From Tricharina praecox (Eukaryota), in NCBI RefSeq assembly GCF_024521635.1, contig NW_026250417.1:620001-684000 (forward strand): a DNA stretch of 64,000 nt. Direction: 5' to 3'. The position numbers and the translations under genes are program-made. Positions 38,961-50,599 of the stretch are shown piece by piece; the first letter of the stretch is position 1, and each line of letters starts with the position of its first letter. The notes beneath the pieces are model-generated. The model saw only the letters and a program-made list of their open reading frames with translations, ran no database searches and was not told the origin of the DNA.

Positions 38961-41682
38961 CTATCCACTGAAAGCCTTGAAGCCTTGTTCATTTGTCCGT
39001 CTTGCTGCATTGTTGTTCATCTCGTTCAATCCTCTGGCGTGAGTTTCTAGACACCGTTAGCGATCACCGTCTTCTGCTCCTGCTCCTCATCTGGACTTAC
39101 CGGATTCTTTCGAGAGATTTCTGGCTGCTTCCTCCTCTCGCTCCAACTCCCTCAGCTCTTGCTCGCGTTTCGCGGCGTCCGCGGCTTTCTGGATGTTGTA
39201 GTTGATACGGAGCGCGTTGTTCTCTTCTACGGTCAGGGCTGGGTCTGGTTGCCACCCGTGAGGGTCAAGGTCATCCCAGTAGCTTCCGGCGTTGGCGCAG
39301 CCCAACTTGTATTGCTGTCGAATGAGGACTGGGTCGAAAGAAGGTGGGAGGCGAGCACTGAAGGACACAGTCTTGGAGGAGGCTCCGAAGAAGAAGGTTG
39401 GTTCTGAACCAGAACCCTCAGGCCGAAGAGAGGGAACCGCCGCGAAGTTGATCTTTGGAATGGGCCGGGAGAGGAGGCGGGTAGTTGGTGAGTACGAGAT
39501 CTGAGAAAGCGGAACCTTCTCGGGCAGTCCCGAGGCGACTGGCTCGGTTCCCGTCGGAGGGATAGGTTGAGGTTGAGTGTTGAAGGAGATCGACTTGGTA
39601 GGAGCCTTTTTCTTTGGTGGAAGCTTCTTGAATGCTACCAGTGCCTGGGATGCTTTCTCGAAAGTCCCGGACTCCTTGAGAATTCCCTTGATGGCCGTGT
39701 TGCCGTTGCTGACATGCGGCCCCTGGGGTTCGGGAGCGAATTTGACGGATTTTCTGGCGGGCTTCTCGGGTTTTCTGGCAGACTTCTCCTGGTAGTGCTC
39801 TTCGTCGAACTTAATTCTCTTGCCGTTGCGCTCGCGTGTCTCCTCCGTGATCTTGACTCTCTTGCTAGGTTTTTGGTCGTATTCTTCGCTTTGCGCATTC
39901 CTCTTGGTTACCGCCTTTTGTACTTTGACGAGGGCGGTTACCGGTGCAGGTGGTGGATCGGCAACGACGGGTTTGACGGGAGCCTTCTCCTTTTTCGGCG
40001 GTTCCTTGCGAACAGCCTTGACTTGCCTGATGCAGAGCCAGTCGGCGCGGACCTGTCTGCGTTTCCGCTCAAGGTCCAACTTGGCGTATGCATCGGCCAA
40101 CGCGGGGTTCTCCTTCCTGATGGCATCGATCATGATCTTTGCCGCCACATCTTGCCTCGTAATGTCCTCGCGGAGGTTGTTGCGGCCCGCCAAAAGGTCG
40201 GCATCATACATCTTGGGCGCTCCGTAAGTAGCTTTGTGCTGCTGCCTGAGCATCGAGATGTGGCGCAATCTGGGATCGTCCTGGGGAATTTCCCAATTCT
40301 TCAACCTTGGGGCCTCGAATATCCAATCGTAGCGTGATTCCTGGCACCAACGTCTGAAGAGCATGTCGTACTTGTTCTGAGCAAAAACGGCCTTTTCCTC
40401 CTCGGTGTAGGGCACGACAGTCTTGTGTTGACTGCGGCATGGCACCTCGCCATCCTTATCCATTTCACGTTCCTCCACCTGACCAGCCCAAGCGAAGCCA
40501 CGACAGAACTTGCAGCAGCCATCCTCTTGCTGATGCACAGCGTCAAGGTCGATGTTTCGTACCTCGCCCTTCCGAAACTTAATTGGAGCAGTTGGCTTGA
40601 TGACCGGAACGTTGAGCCTGTAGAAAGCGGTGAATCCTTCGTGGACAAGGCACTTGACGAGGCGGTTAAGGTCCTCGCTCTTGTTATCGTAGAGCTCCAG
40701 AATCAGGTTCGTAGGAAATGTGAGGTTTTCGGTGAGCTCTCGGCGCAAAGTCGATGTGCCTAATCCGTGTCTCTTGAGCATCTTGAGCCACTCTTTGAAT
40801 TCACCCTTGTGAACATTCATTGCAAATTCTTTAGATTTGCCGGTCTTGCTCTTCTTTTGGCTCATATTGAACTCAAACTTTGGTGTTTTCCACGGGGTAC
40901 TACCAGGGCCATTGGGTAGAGGTGTCTCGGCAACAACGGGCTTCTTCCGAAGGGGCGTTTCATGGAATAGGTTCCACTTCTTCGCTTCGTCGACAGTCGG
41001 AGTGCGGTTGTTCGGGTCTCCTCTCAGACGCTCTCCTCTGGCTCGTCGCACTACGTTACTGCGAATCACCGTCAGTGACCCGAGGTGACAAAGAATTGAC
41101 GGATGTACTCACGGCGTCGCGCCTACCATATGCGGCGGCAAAGCCAGCATGCTGTCGGCCGGTATCTGCTTCTGTGGGGTTCTACTGACTCGCCTCGACC
41201 TGCCAATTGGATCGTAGCGGTTGGGAAAGACCTTGCGACTGACACCACCGCCGACGCGCGCAACGGCCTTCGCACCCCGACATGTGGCATACACCGCTCC
41301 GGTTGCTAAATCGCAGACACCTTTGACCGTGTTGTAGACGACCGCCAGAGGAATCAAGACTCCCCACGTAAGACTGTCGAGAGCATCATGATCGTAGGTA
41401 GCACTGTGTCGCTCTCCGTTAGCTGTGTTCATGCAGCCAGATAACAGGTCGTAGCACTCACACTTGAGGTTGAACACGGGTTACAGACACCTGCGGCGCA
41501 GGTAATCGGCTCACTTCCGGCTCCTGTTCTATGGGTGCAATAGGTTGGTAACTGCGGAAGGGATTCTCCGGGTTCATTGCCCAAGCGGGGTTGAAGCCAT
41601 CGTCCTCCTCGGGCACGTGTACTACAGGTGTACGGGGCTCAGCAAGTCGTTCCCGTACCGGGGTTGAGCGGATGGGAGGCAT
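38961..41682 (-). CDS. Unassigned protein (~851 aa), Lys-rich, with a possible Zn-binding motif
   Basis: Exons 41682-41462, 41403-41113, 41058-39101 and 39046-38961, joined by three 54-58-nt introns (gtgagt/gtaagt donors, gctaac/ctgac branch sites). Contains CCKFC..PCRSQH and NLS-like PSKRVK, GKRIK and PPKKK. Ends GGA TAG TAG. Confidence 0.8.
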
Positions 41683-42475
41683 GGTGGGTGGCGGTGTTGC
41701 TGGTGATGATGTATCGGGTTCGCCAAGGATGTTTTTGTTCAGTCGTTGGTTGTCAGGGACAACGGGATGGCTGTCTTGCGCTCCGACAGAGGTCGATTAG
41801 TTGAATGAGAGTGGGGAGAGTTATTGAGGTCGCGTAGCGGATACGAAGGAGTGTAAGCGCGATGTTCTAGAGACAGTCGTTGTGGTTGTTGCTCCTATTA
41901 TGTTGGTGGTGGCGGATGTCGAGGAGGTGGAGATTGTTGTTGATGAACAAAAAGTTGTGGGGAGGGAAGGACACGCGAACTCGGCAAGGAAGCACAAAGC
42001 AAGTTGTCGCGTACTAGCAGCCAGCTGTTTGCCAAGCAGAGCGCCAAGACAGCCGAGTTGGTGCTAAGTAGAAGTCGAGCCTACGAGTGGCTATGTGGGC
42101 TGAGACGCACGTGATAAAGATATCCGAATGAGAGGGAGGCTTTCTTAGGAAACTCTCGTAGAAGAGGCTCTCATGTGTACTTACATCAGAATTACTTGCT
42201 CTTACTCATAGTCTACAAGTTGAATGCTAAGGGAACTTTTTGTTCATGTTTAATCGAGTAGGTACTGAGGCAACTTGTGGCTCATTGATAGCATGTTTGT
42301 TTAGCCGAGTGCGGACTGATGTAGCAAGCTCCAAACATCGTCATGCTGCGATGCCCCTCTCGGAACACACTAGCACTCAAAGCCCTTGGGTTCACCGACA
42401 CTCTAAGTATATCAAACCGACTAAATTCTCTCCCCAGCTCCCTACAGACCGCTGACATTAGAGTCTGCAATCACG

Positions 42476-43840
42476 ATGCTCCCCACTCCCCCAGCCCCCA
42501 CCATCAACAGCCCCCCGGTAGTCCGGGAGATGGAACCCTTCATACCCTCGCACTCGGAAACCTCTCCAGCAGCTGTACCCGATTGCTCCACAACCGAAGG
42601 TACTGTTAGAAATGGGGTAATGACACCAGCAGACGACCGGAACAGCTCTGAGCCGGCAGAAAATGTCAGAGGCCAGAGAGAGGTGAGCAACACTCTCTAC
42701 TTCTACGAAGGGAGGATAACTGACTATCTACAGCATAACGATGTACCAGACTTTGGTAGTTTGGCAGGAACAAACAGGAAGGTCGACCCCCGCTTCCTCG
42801 AGAATCAGTACATGGATCAAGTCGACCGGGAGTTCGAACGTCCTTTGCAAGCACCATCTCAAACGCTCTCCAAGGAGTCCTTCGACGAGGAAGAGGCCGT
42901 AAAAAGCCCTAGAACGAAGAAGCATGAACACAGTCGCGCGATATGCAGGAAGGTTAAAGCAATCTTCACGGACTGGGCTCGGAAGGAGTTGCAAGCGCAG
43001 CTCACCACCCTCAAACTCCAGGTCGGACTCCCGGAAGGCTCCACAGAAAAATTGACCTTGGAGATGAGGGAATGGATCAAGGACGGGTTGAGACACAAGT
43101 TCCGTGCGTATATCCAGCTCTTTCACGACCCTAGCCCCACTCTGCCAATTTCCAAGCGGGGAAAAAAAGGAAAGAAGATCAATATTCCTACGGGAGAGGC
43201 GGGGATAACCAGCGCAGCTTGCGGACATCCGGGTTGCGGAAAGCCAATTCTACCGGGCATGTATCGAGTCTCATTCGAACCCCATGCGTGGACACAGCCG
43301 TTCGACAACACTCACATTCCAAGCACGACAGGCGAGGCGTTCCTGGACGAGAATTTTGATCCAAGAAACTCGAACCTGCCTATCTCTCTTCCGAACTACG
43401 AGCAGCTACTTCTCCCAGTCAATGTTGCCAAATACGATGGAGGAGAGGTCTTCTGCGTCGGTTGCTTTGAAGATCTTCTCGAGAAGGATCCCGGAGAAAC
43501 TGCACCAATGCAGCCACCACCGCTGCTGCCCCCCATAACCAAGCAAGGTGGCACGAAGTCGAAGAAGAGACAGCTAGAAGAAGAGGCACCTACCGGTACC
43601 ATGTGGCTGCGTCCCAGTCCGATTAGACGAATCTACACTTCCGTCTTTCCCGAGACCCGCTATCACCCACAGGGCCACTTCCTGCTGGACGAGCCCGCGT
43701 TGAAGGTGGTCAAACAATGGAAGCAGGTGCTATTGGCCGAGGGTGTGAAAATGTTGAAGGAGAAATACCACTTCTTGAAAGATAGTGCTCTCACTGAAGA
43801 TGAAGACTTCGCTGGTATTCCTATGTCTGTCCGAGAATAG
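42476..43840 (+). CDS. Unassigned protein (454 aa) with a PARP-type zinc-finger-like motif
   Basis: Single long ORF. ACGHPGCGKPILPGMYRVSFEP ... VFCVGCFEDLL resembles the zf-PARP pattern CxxC-xxI-xxG-xxR..(H/C)xxCF with a long insert. Basic NLS-like KRGKKGKK and KSKKR. Confidence 0.8.
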   Translation: MLPTPPAPTINSPPVVREMEPFIPSHSETSPAAVPDCSTTEGTVRNGVMTPADDRNSSEPAENVRGQREVSNTLYFYEGRITDYLQHNDVPDFGSLAGTNRKVDPRFLENQYMDQVDREFERPLQAPSQTLSKESFDEEEAVKSPRTKKHEHSRAICRKVKAIFTDWARKELQAQLTTLKLQVGLPEGSTEKLTLEMREWIKDGLRHKFRAYIQLFHDPSPTLPISKRGKKGKKINIPTGEAGITSAACGHPGCGKPILPGMYRVSFEPHAWTQPFDNTHIPSTTGEAFLDENFDPRNSNLPISLPNYEQLLLPVNVAKYDGGEVFCVGCFEDLLEKDPGETAPMQPPPLLPPITKQGGTKSKKRQLEEEAPTGTMWLRPSPIRRIYTSVFPETRYHPQGHFLLDEPALKVVKQWKQVLLAEGVKMLKEKYHFLKDSALTEDEDFAGIPMSVRE

Positions 43841-45403
43841 GGAATCGGATTAGCAGAGATTCTGGCGTCGCTCGACAAGGGGCCCAAGATGGTGAAAAGG
43901 ACCAAAAAAAAAGCGAAGTGGTAGGAGGAAAGATAGTGTGCTTACCAAACCTTGCCATAGGGATGCTGGACGGGATCCGGACGGTCCATCGTGGCTTATT
44001 GGTATGCACCTGGCGTTGATACCTCCTACCGAATGTTCTGTCTGATGTTTCATTGTATGTGCTCAACTTGGCAGTGGGTTTTTCCTGTACGAATGATTGT
44101 TACGAGTGTGGATAACGATTGCGTCTTTTTCATTCTTGGGGTCGTCCTTTCTTTTCTTTTCTTCTCTTTCTTTTTCATCTCTTGTCTCTTGTCTCTTGTC
44201 TCTTGTCTCTTTTCCGGCCATAACCTTATGGTTCCAGCTGTACGAATTACAAATCTTGTCTCTTGTATTGTATGAGAAACAGCGGCAGCGTAAACAGCTC
44301 ACCAGTGAGTTCAAGTGAGTGAGTGACACGAGCGTCAAGTACGGTAACCAACATCACAACTGCCGCCTGCCGCCATTCCTACAAGCAAGCCAAACAGTCT
44401 CTCACCCACTGATCGTGATTCATGAGTCATGACTAAGTAACTGACACGCTCCCATACAGACGCCTCAGACGTTTCACTCCCGCCGTCCTGCAGGATTCAA
44501 ACACAACATGCAGATCTAGTCTCCAGCCTTCAGCTTCCAGCCTCCGGGTACCAGGAACCACTCAACCACCCCGTCTTACGATCCCTATTCGCCCATGCCG
44601 ATGTGATATGGAGTACAATTTACAAGAGAGACAATGCAAGGCGTGCCTGCCTGAAAATAACCTTAACTGCACGCGATGTCATGATATGACAATTCTTTTC
44701 TTTCTACAAGGGTCAAAACCGACACCAAACAGCGTATGACTTGGCGTTTGGAGAAGGAGGAGTAGTAGGAGCTGGAACCCCCAACCGCGGAACAGACGTT
44801 CTCGAACGAGATCTACGCCTGCATACATACGTCCACCTCTCTCTCTCTCTCTCTCTCTCGCTCTCTCGCTCTCTCGCTTCGGTTTTGTAATTGTCGCTTT
44901 AGCCTTCAGGGATTGGATCGTGCAGGGAGAATTTGGGTTGTAACTTGTCACCTACCAGGCAAGTCGAGGGAAAAGTCTACAGGGATGGCTATGTCGGAGT
45001 CGGAGTCTGGGGATGTTCCTGCCCTGCCTACCGCTACTACTTGGGATTTCTGTCTGAGATGGTGATGTGATGTTACCTATGTTGGTATGTTGGAATTCAG
45101 CTGTTAGGGATCTCTGGCTTTGCGAGGTTTACCATTTGGCACAGCTGGATCTCACGCCGGCCGGCCGTCCATGTATGCACATAGTAGGTATAAAGCCCAT
45201 CCGGTTCCCATTCCCATTTACACCCTCCCAATTTCCATCACCAAGCTCCACATCCACTTACTTTCCCTTCTCTTCCATTCCCTTCCCTCTTCTCTCTTCT
45301 TCACCCCCCTTCACGCCCGGCGCGGTTTTTTGCTTTCACATCTATTGTCTAATACCCCCTAAGCCTCCAAGTATCTGGTAATACTTCAATTCTATATATC
45401 ACA

Positions 45404-47080
45404 ATGCGTTTCATCTCCGCAACCGCCGTCCTCTCCCTTGCGTGTGCGCTTGCTGTGCAAGCCGGTATGTCCCTCCCCACTCCATCTTTCATTCCCCCTG
45501 TAGGGAGAGATGGGTGGCTGATTGATATATGTAGCCCCGTTGCCGTTTGGCTCGCCTTTCGGCGTGCAGGCTCTCCAGCGCCGACAGGGACGCGGCCAGG
45601 GACGTGGTCAAGGCGACGACCGTGGCCAAGGTCAGGTCCGGGGGAACGGTCGGAACAACAACAATAATAACGATGACAACGATGACAACGATGACAACGA
45701 TGACAACGATGACAACGATGATAACAACAATAACAACAATAACAACAATAACAACAACGCAGTCGTGAGTTCATCTTCATCTTTCCACAAGTACCCAAGT
45801 CACTAACAAAGGCGCAGAACATTGTTCTAGTGACCGTCCAACGCACGGTGATAATAATCGTCGACGGCCAGGCGCAGCAGCGGGGGCGGGGGCCGGAGCA
45901 GATGGTGACCAAGACACAGACGATGGGAGAAGAGGGCGCTGGGGCAACGGCTACGAAATATGGTAATTTCCCCTCTCCCTTCCTCACTTTCTTAACACTG
46001 GGCTAATCCCCAGTAGTGACGAACGGCCAAATTGAGTACATCACCGAGACGCTTGTGGGTACCGGTAGCGGTACCGCGACCGAGGCCACAGCGACAGCGG
46101 AGGCCGTGCTGGAGGCAGAGAAGAAAGTAGCCGATGCAGCAGCAGCGGAAGAGGCAGCGGCTGCGGAGTTAGCGGATGCGGTGGCCGCTGGAGATGCGAA
46201 AGAGGCGGCGGCCGCCAAGGAGGCTGAGGACGCGGCGAAGGCGGCAAAGCTTGCGGCGGAGGAGGCGCTGAAGCTCGAAGAGGAGAAGGCGGCTGCGAGT
46301 GCGCAGGACCCGGCGCTGGCGGAGCTGGAACAGAAAGTTGCGGACGAGGTGGCGAAGGAGAAGACTGCCGCGATGCAGGCGGAGGAGGCGCTTGCTGCTG
46401 GGGATAAAGAGGCGGCGGCCGCGGCGAAGGTGGCGGAAGAGGAGGCGAAGGCGGCGAAGGAGGCGGCACAGGCGGAACTCGCCGCTGGGGAGAAGAAGCT
46501 CGCCGAGGATGCCGCGGCAGCACCAGCCGCCGGAGAGCTTGCGCAGACAATTGAGGACGAGGCTGCTAAGGAAGCGGCGGCGGCGAAGCTGTTGGAGGAG
46601 GCGCTCGCAGCTGGCGACGAAGAGGCGGCGGCTGCTGCAAAGCTGGCCGAGGAGGATGCGAAGGCGGCAAAGGAGGCTGCACAGGCAGAACTCGCCGCTG
46701 AGGAAGCCGCGGCCGCCGATCCCCCAGCGGCAGAGGATCCAGCTGCGGCTAAGAAGGCTGCGAAGGAGGCGGCAAAGGCCGCAAAGAAGGCTGCGAAGGC
46801 GCAGGAGAAGGCCGCCAAGGAGGCTGCTAATGACCATACTGCCGCTGCTGACAAGGCTGCCAAAGAAGCTGCCGCTGCTGAGCAGGCCGCTGCCGATAAG
46901 GCTGCCGCCGATAATGCCGCTGCAGATAATGCCGCCGAAGAGGTAGCTGCCGAAGCTCCCCCAGCTGCTCACGAGCCCCCAGCCGCCGAGGCCCCGCCCG
47001 CCGCCGAAGAAGCTCCCGCAGCTGCTCATGAGGCTCCTGTCGCAACTGCTCCCCCGGTCGCAGCTGCGCACCCCATGTAA
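45404..47080 (+). CDS. Secreted repetitive Ala/Glu/Lys-rich protein (~500 aa)
   Basis: Exons 45404-45464, 45535-45764, 45818-45962 and 46014-47080 join in frame. Signal peptide MRFISATAVLSLACALAVQA, Kex2-like QRRQ, an N/D triplet-repeat tract, Thr/Val-rich segments and helical A/E/K repeats. Confidence 0.85.
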
Positions 47081-47404
47081 CCTGCCACTTTAGCGACCAT
47101 TATTTCCTTCTGTTCGAGTCATGTCATGTATCTGTGTTTGAGCATTCTTATTGTGTAATCTATCTAAACGGGAGGAAAAGGTTGGAATCGGATTTGGAAA
47201 TGGACTTGAAATTGTACGACCATAGGTGGCGTCTGGTAACCTGCATATGTGAGACGTCTGAGAGTTCTATGTAACGTGCAAGGCCTGTTTGGGGGGTGCG
47301 TCGAACGCCGCATTGAGACTGTCACTCGATATCCGCTACCCGCCGGCTGTTGAGGTCAAGTATGTATTGCATTTTATCCTGGGTATCATCTCCATCGCCA
47401 CCGT

Positions 47405-48284
47405 CTACATCTTACTCGCCGGAACCAAGTGCATCCCCCCGTCAACCGGAATGACAGCACCATTGATATGGCCTGCCGCCTTCGAGCTCAACCAGACCAC
47501 CACACCAACAATATCCTCTGGACGACCCAACCTGCGATTGGGACTGACCTTTGCCTGCAGTTCCTCACCACCACTCAGCCCCAACAGCCCACTCGCCATC
47601 TTGGTGGCAAACCACCCGGGGGCGATAGCATTAACCAGAATTCCCCTCGGCCCCATCGCGACAGCGAGGTGCTTCGTCATATGGTGGACAGCGGCCTTGC
47701 TCGCCGCGTAGCCATAGGTTCCGTGGTCGCCGACGTTACCAATATGCAGGCCCGCCACCGATCCGACGGTGATGACCCGCGCGGGGTCCCCCGACACAGC
47801 AGCCTTCTCCAGCAGCGGGAGCATCTCCCTGATCAGGTTGAAGACGCTGCGCACGTTGAGGTCCATCACCTTTGCGAAGGCGGTGTCCGGGTGCGAGTCG
47901 AGGGGGGCGCCCCAGGTCGCGCCGGCGTTGGCCATCAGGATGTGGACGCATGGCACTTGGGCTGTCACCGCGGTGACGAAGCGCGTTACTTCGGCGGGGT
48001 TGGAGAGGTCCGCGGGGATTGCCGAGACATTGGCGCTGGGGAAGAGGGCCTGCAGCGAGGACACGGCGGAGGCACACGCGTCAGCTTTGCGGGACGTGAT
48101 GATCAGCGTGATTACACCGGCATGGAGGAGGCTGCAAGGCGGTCAGCGGTACTTTCAGAACTCCGGGGAGGGGATGTACATACCCGGTCGCAGCGTGCAA
48201 GCCGAGACCTCGAGAGCCACCAGTGACTACGGCGGTCTTGCCGGCGAGTGAGAAGAGATTTGGATAATCGTTGATTTGCGACAT
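47405..48284 (-). CDS. Short-chain dehydrogenase/reductase (RhlG-like classical SDR, ~275 aa), probable peroxisomal
   Basis: Exons 48284-48184 and 48131-47405. Motifs TGGSRGLG, ANAG and YAASK, plus VNAIAPG and DGG. C-terminal SKM is a PTS1 variant. Confidence 0.92.
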
Positions 48285-48786
48285 TTCGTGTATACGAGAA
48301 GGCTGTTATGGGGGGAGGTGGATGTGGGAATCCGCGCTCATGAAGTCGTGCTTTATCATCTTTACGGTACGGGTTTGATCGATAGCCTTGGTAACGGAGA
48401 GGTGAAGTGCACAGCAGATGAGATACCTCGGCTCGCTTCTGTGATAGCTACTCTACCTAGAGCTCGTGTTGAAGGAAGCCCTGTACCCTAGGAAACGAAC
48501 CGGGGGAAGGCGCTAGAGTAGTTTGGCCGACCGCATTGAGTTTTCTCGACTACAACAGAGCCACGAAGTTCCTTCTTCACTTTTCTTCACGACCACCCAT
48601 CATATCACGACCACATCGCGCCGCACCCGCAGAGACGATGTTGATGATGTCTGAAATGTCATGAGGTAGCGGCCGACGCCATTCTAACCTGGAGGACAGC
48701 AAACACAGATTTATCGCGCGCTTCACATCAATAATGGTTAGTTACCCCTCATCCCTCTCGCCCGGCCCTATTGCCCAACCCTGCAA

Positions 48787-48872
48787 TCTATATGATGAGA
48801 GAAAGAATGCATATCACAGACCTGTTCTGAATACACAATGTGGATACCTTTCTTGGAGACCTTCTGATTCTT
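48787..48872 (+). ncRNA. Box C/D snoRNA with two antisense guides (18S snR56/U25-type site and 25S snR62/U34-type site), intronic
   Basis: C box ATGATGA 48792-48798. Guide ATCACAGACCTGTT 48813-48826 with D' box CTGA 48827-48830 is complementary to conserved SSU AACAGGUCUGUGAU. Guide CTTGGAGACCT 48852-48862 with D box CTGA 48864-48867 is complementary to LSU AGGUCUCCAAG. Flanking stem TGCAATC/GATTGCA. Lies in a putative intron 48737-48946 (gttagt..gctaac..aag). Confidence 0.88.
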
Positions 48873-50268
48873 TCGATTGCACCCCCCATTATCCCCTCCA
48901 TCGAACGAAAGCATGGCTGGTTGCAATTGCTAACATTCGGTTGAAGGAAATCTACTCTGCAGGATCGTCCATCGGTGTCGCGCGATATGGCGGGGAAGCG
49001 GTGGAACCCGGGAGGCGGAGAGACAAACGCAATGGGATCTGATTGCCGATAAATCCGACACGGCGCGTCGTGTATCTGTCCATGTACTGTTAGTTTTTAA
49101 TATACCGCCGATGATGCTGGGCATTAAGCTGGGTTGAAGACCGTACTGGTAGCTGGCGATGAATCCGGGGATATTGGGATGTGGGGTTCGGTCGCTGGTG
49201 CAGGGTGAGCGCGGATCCGGAGTGAATGTCGATCAGATGACCGAAGTGATTGATCCCTCACCGCTTCGCGAGCACCTACCTACCGGTGTAGTGTAGAGTA
49301 CTCTACATGTCGTGCAGTGTTGATCCACACATACGTGCGAACGAGCGGAGTCAAGTGCACTTGGTCCGGATCGGCGGAGTGGGGATCTCTGGATTCTCCA
49401 TCCCATCGACGCCAACAAACTCGAACTGCTCCCGCTGCCTGGCCCCGAGCCGAACGTGAAGTTCCCGAAAAAAACACGCCATCGTTTCGCCTTCGACGCT
49501 CTCGTTCAAGAATGCGATCCGCCTGCCACAATCCTGCTGCGCAGTGCCCACCACCGCCGCCGCGAGAACCCCAATCCCAATGCCAGAATAATCAGGCAAA
49601 AGCCTGACGTGGGGTGAAAACCAGCTTTCAAACGCCGATGCCATGCCCTCCTTCTGCAGGGCCCCAGAAACGCCAGATGCCCCACTGTTGCCGCGATCGA
49701 GACAGCGGCGGTTCCTGGTCATCGCTGGTTTTCCCCCCACAGCTCGCTGAACGATCAATGATCATCGGTCCACGATGGTGGAGGGCGGGGATCCACGCGA
49801 CGGGAGGGATCCGCGGTGGCCATGGGTTGGCCGGACGCGGGCGCAGGGTGCCGAGTATGTGTGTGTGTGGATGTGTAGTGTAGTGATAGACAGCAGGGCA
49901 GGAGAGTGGGAGGGTGGGAGGGGACATTTGGGTGATCGGCTGGCTGGTTGTCTTGCTGTGTGTCTGCGTCTACGTCTGCGTTCATGTCTAGAGTATGCTA
50001 TGTGCTTGTTTGGCCTGCGAGCAGCCCAGAGAGGGCCCGAGCTACTTGACGCTTTACTCCACCCGCCTCTAGGGCTGTCTACAGCACTCCGGTCCGTGTG
50101 TTACTCCACCGCTGATATTAAAGTATCGTCCGTTCTCTCCTGTTGCCTCCTTCTCACCATCACTCTCCGTCCTCATTCGCATCCTCCTCCACTGTCCACA
50201 CTCAGACCACCGCACGCAACCCAGCTCAGAACACAGCTCGAAACATAATCCACGAATACAATATCACA

Positions 50269-50599
50269 ATGTGCAACTACTCCAATACCCACTACACGCA
50301 ATGCGGCTGTACCGTGAGCGAGCAGACCGAGCGTTGCGGCTACCACGACGACGACTTTAGCGCTTGTATGAAGTACACCGACATCAAGGACCTCGAGCCT
50401 CGCAATGGTCGCTGCGGACGGGGCGGGTGCCGGCACCCCGAGCCCGCAAGCAGTATGAAGGAATGGATGATGTAAATCCTCGTCCCGCCACGCATACCTC
50501 AATAGTCATGTACTGACGACGTGCAGTCAGGATATCGACGTCAGCCGTCCGATGATAGAGCTTGAAGGGATTGATGTTGGACAGGCGAGAGTTGCATAA
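50269..50599 (+). CDS. Small cysteine-rich non-secreted protein (MCxY..YxxCGC type), 68-91 aa
   Basis: Good start context (CACAATG). Sequence MCNYSNTHYTQCGC..RCG..AC..RCGRGGC with C-ending codon bias. A probable intron at 50472-50526 (gtaaat..actgac..cag) extends the ORF to TAA 50599; unspliced it stops at 50475. Confidence 0.65.

Noticed and set aside
46003..47071. Long antisense ORFs over the Ala-rich gene
   Set aside because: Shadow ORFs caused by GC-rich repetitive codons. The same applies to antisense ORFs over the SDR, CPY and oxidoreductase genes.
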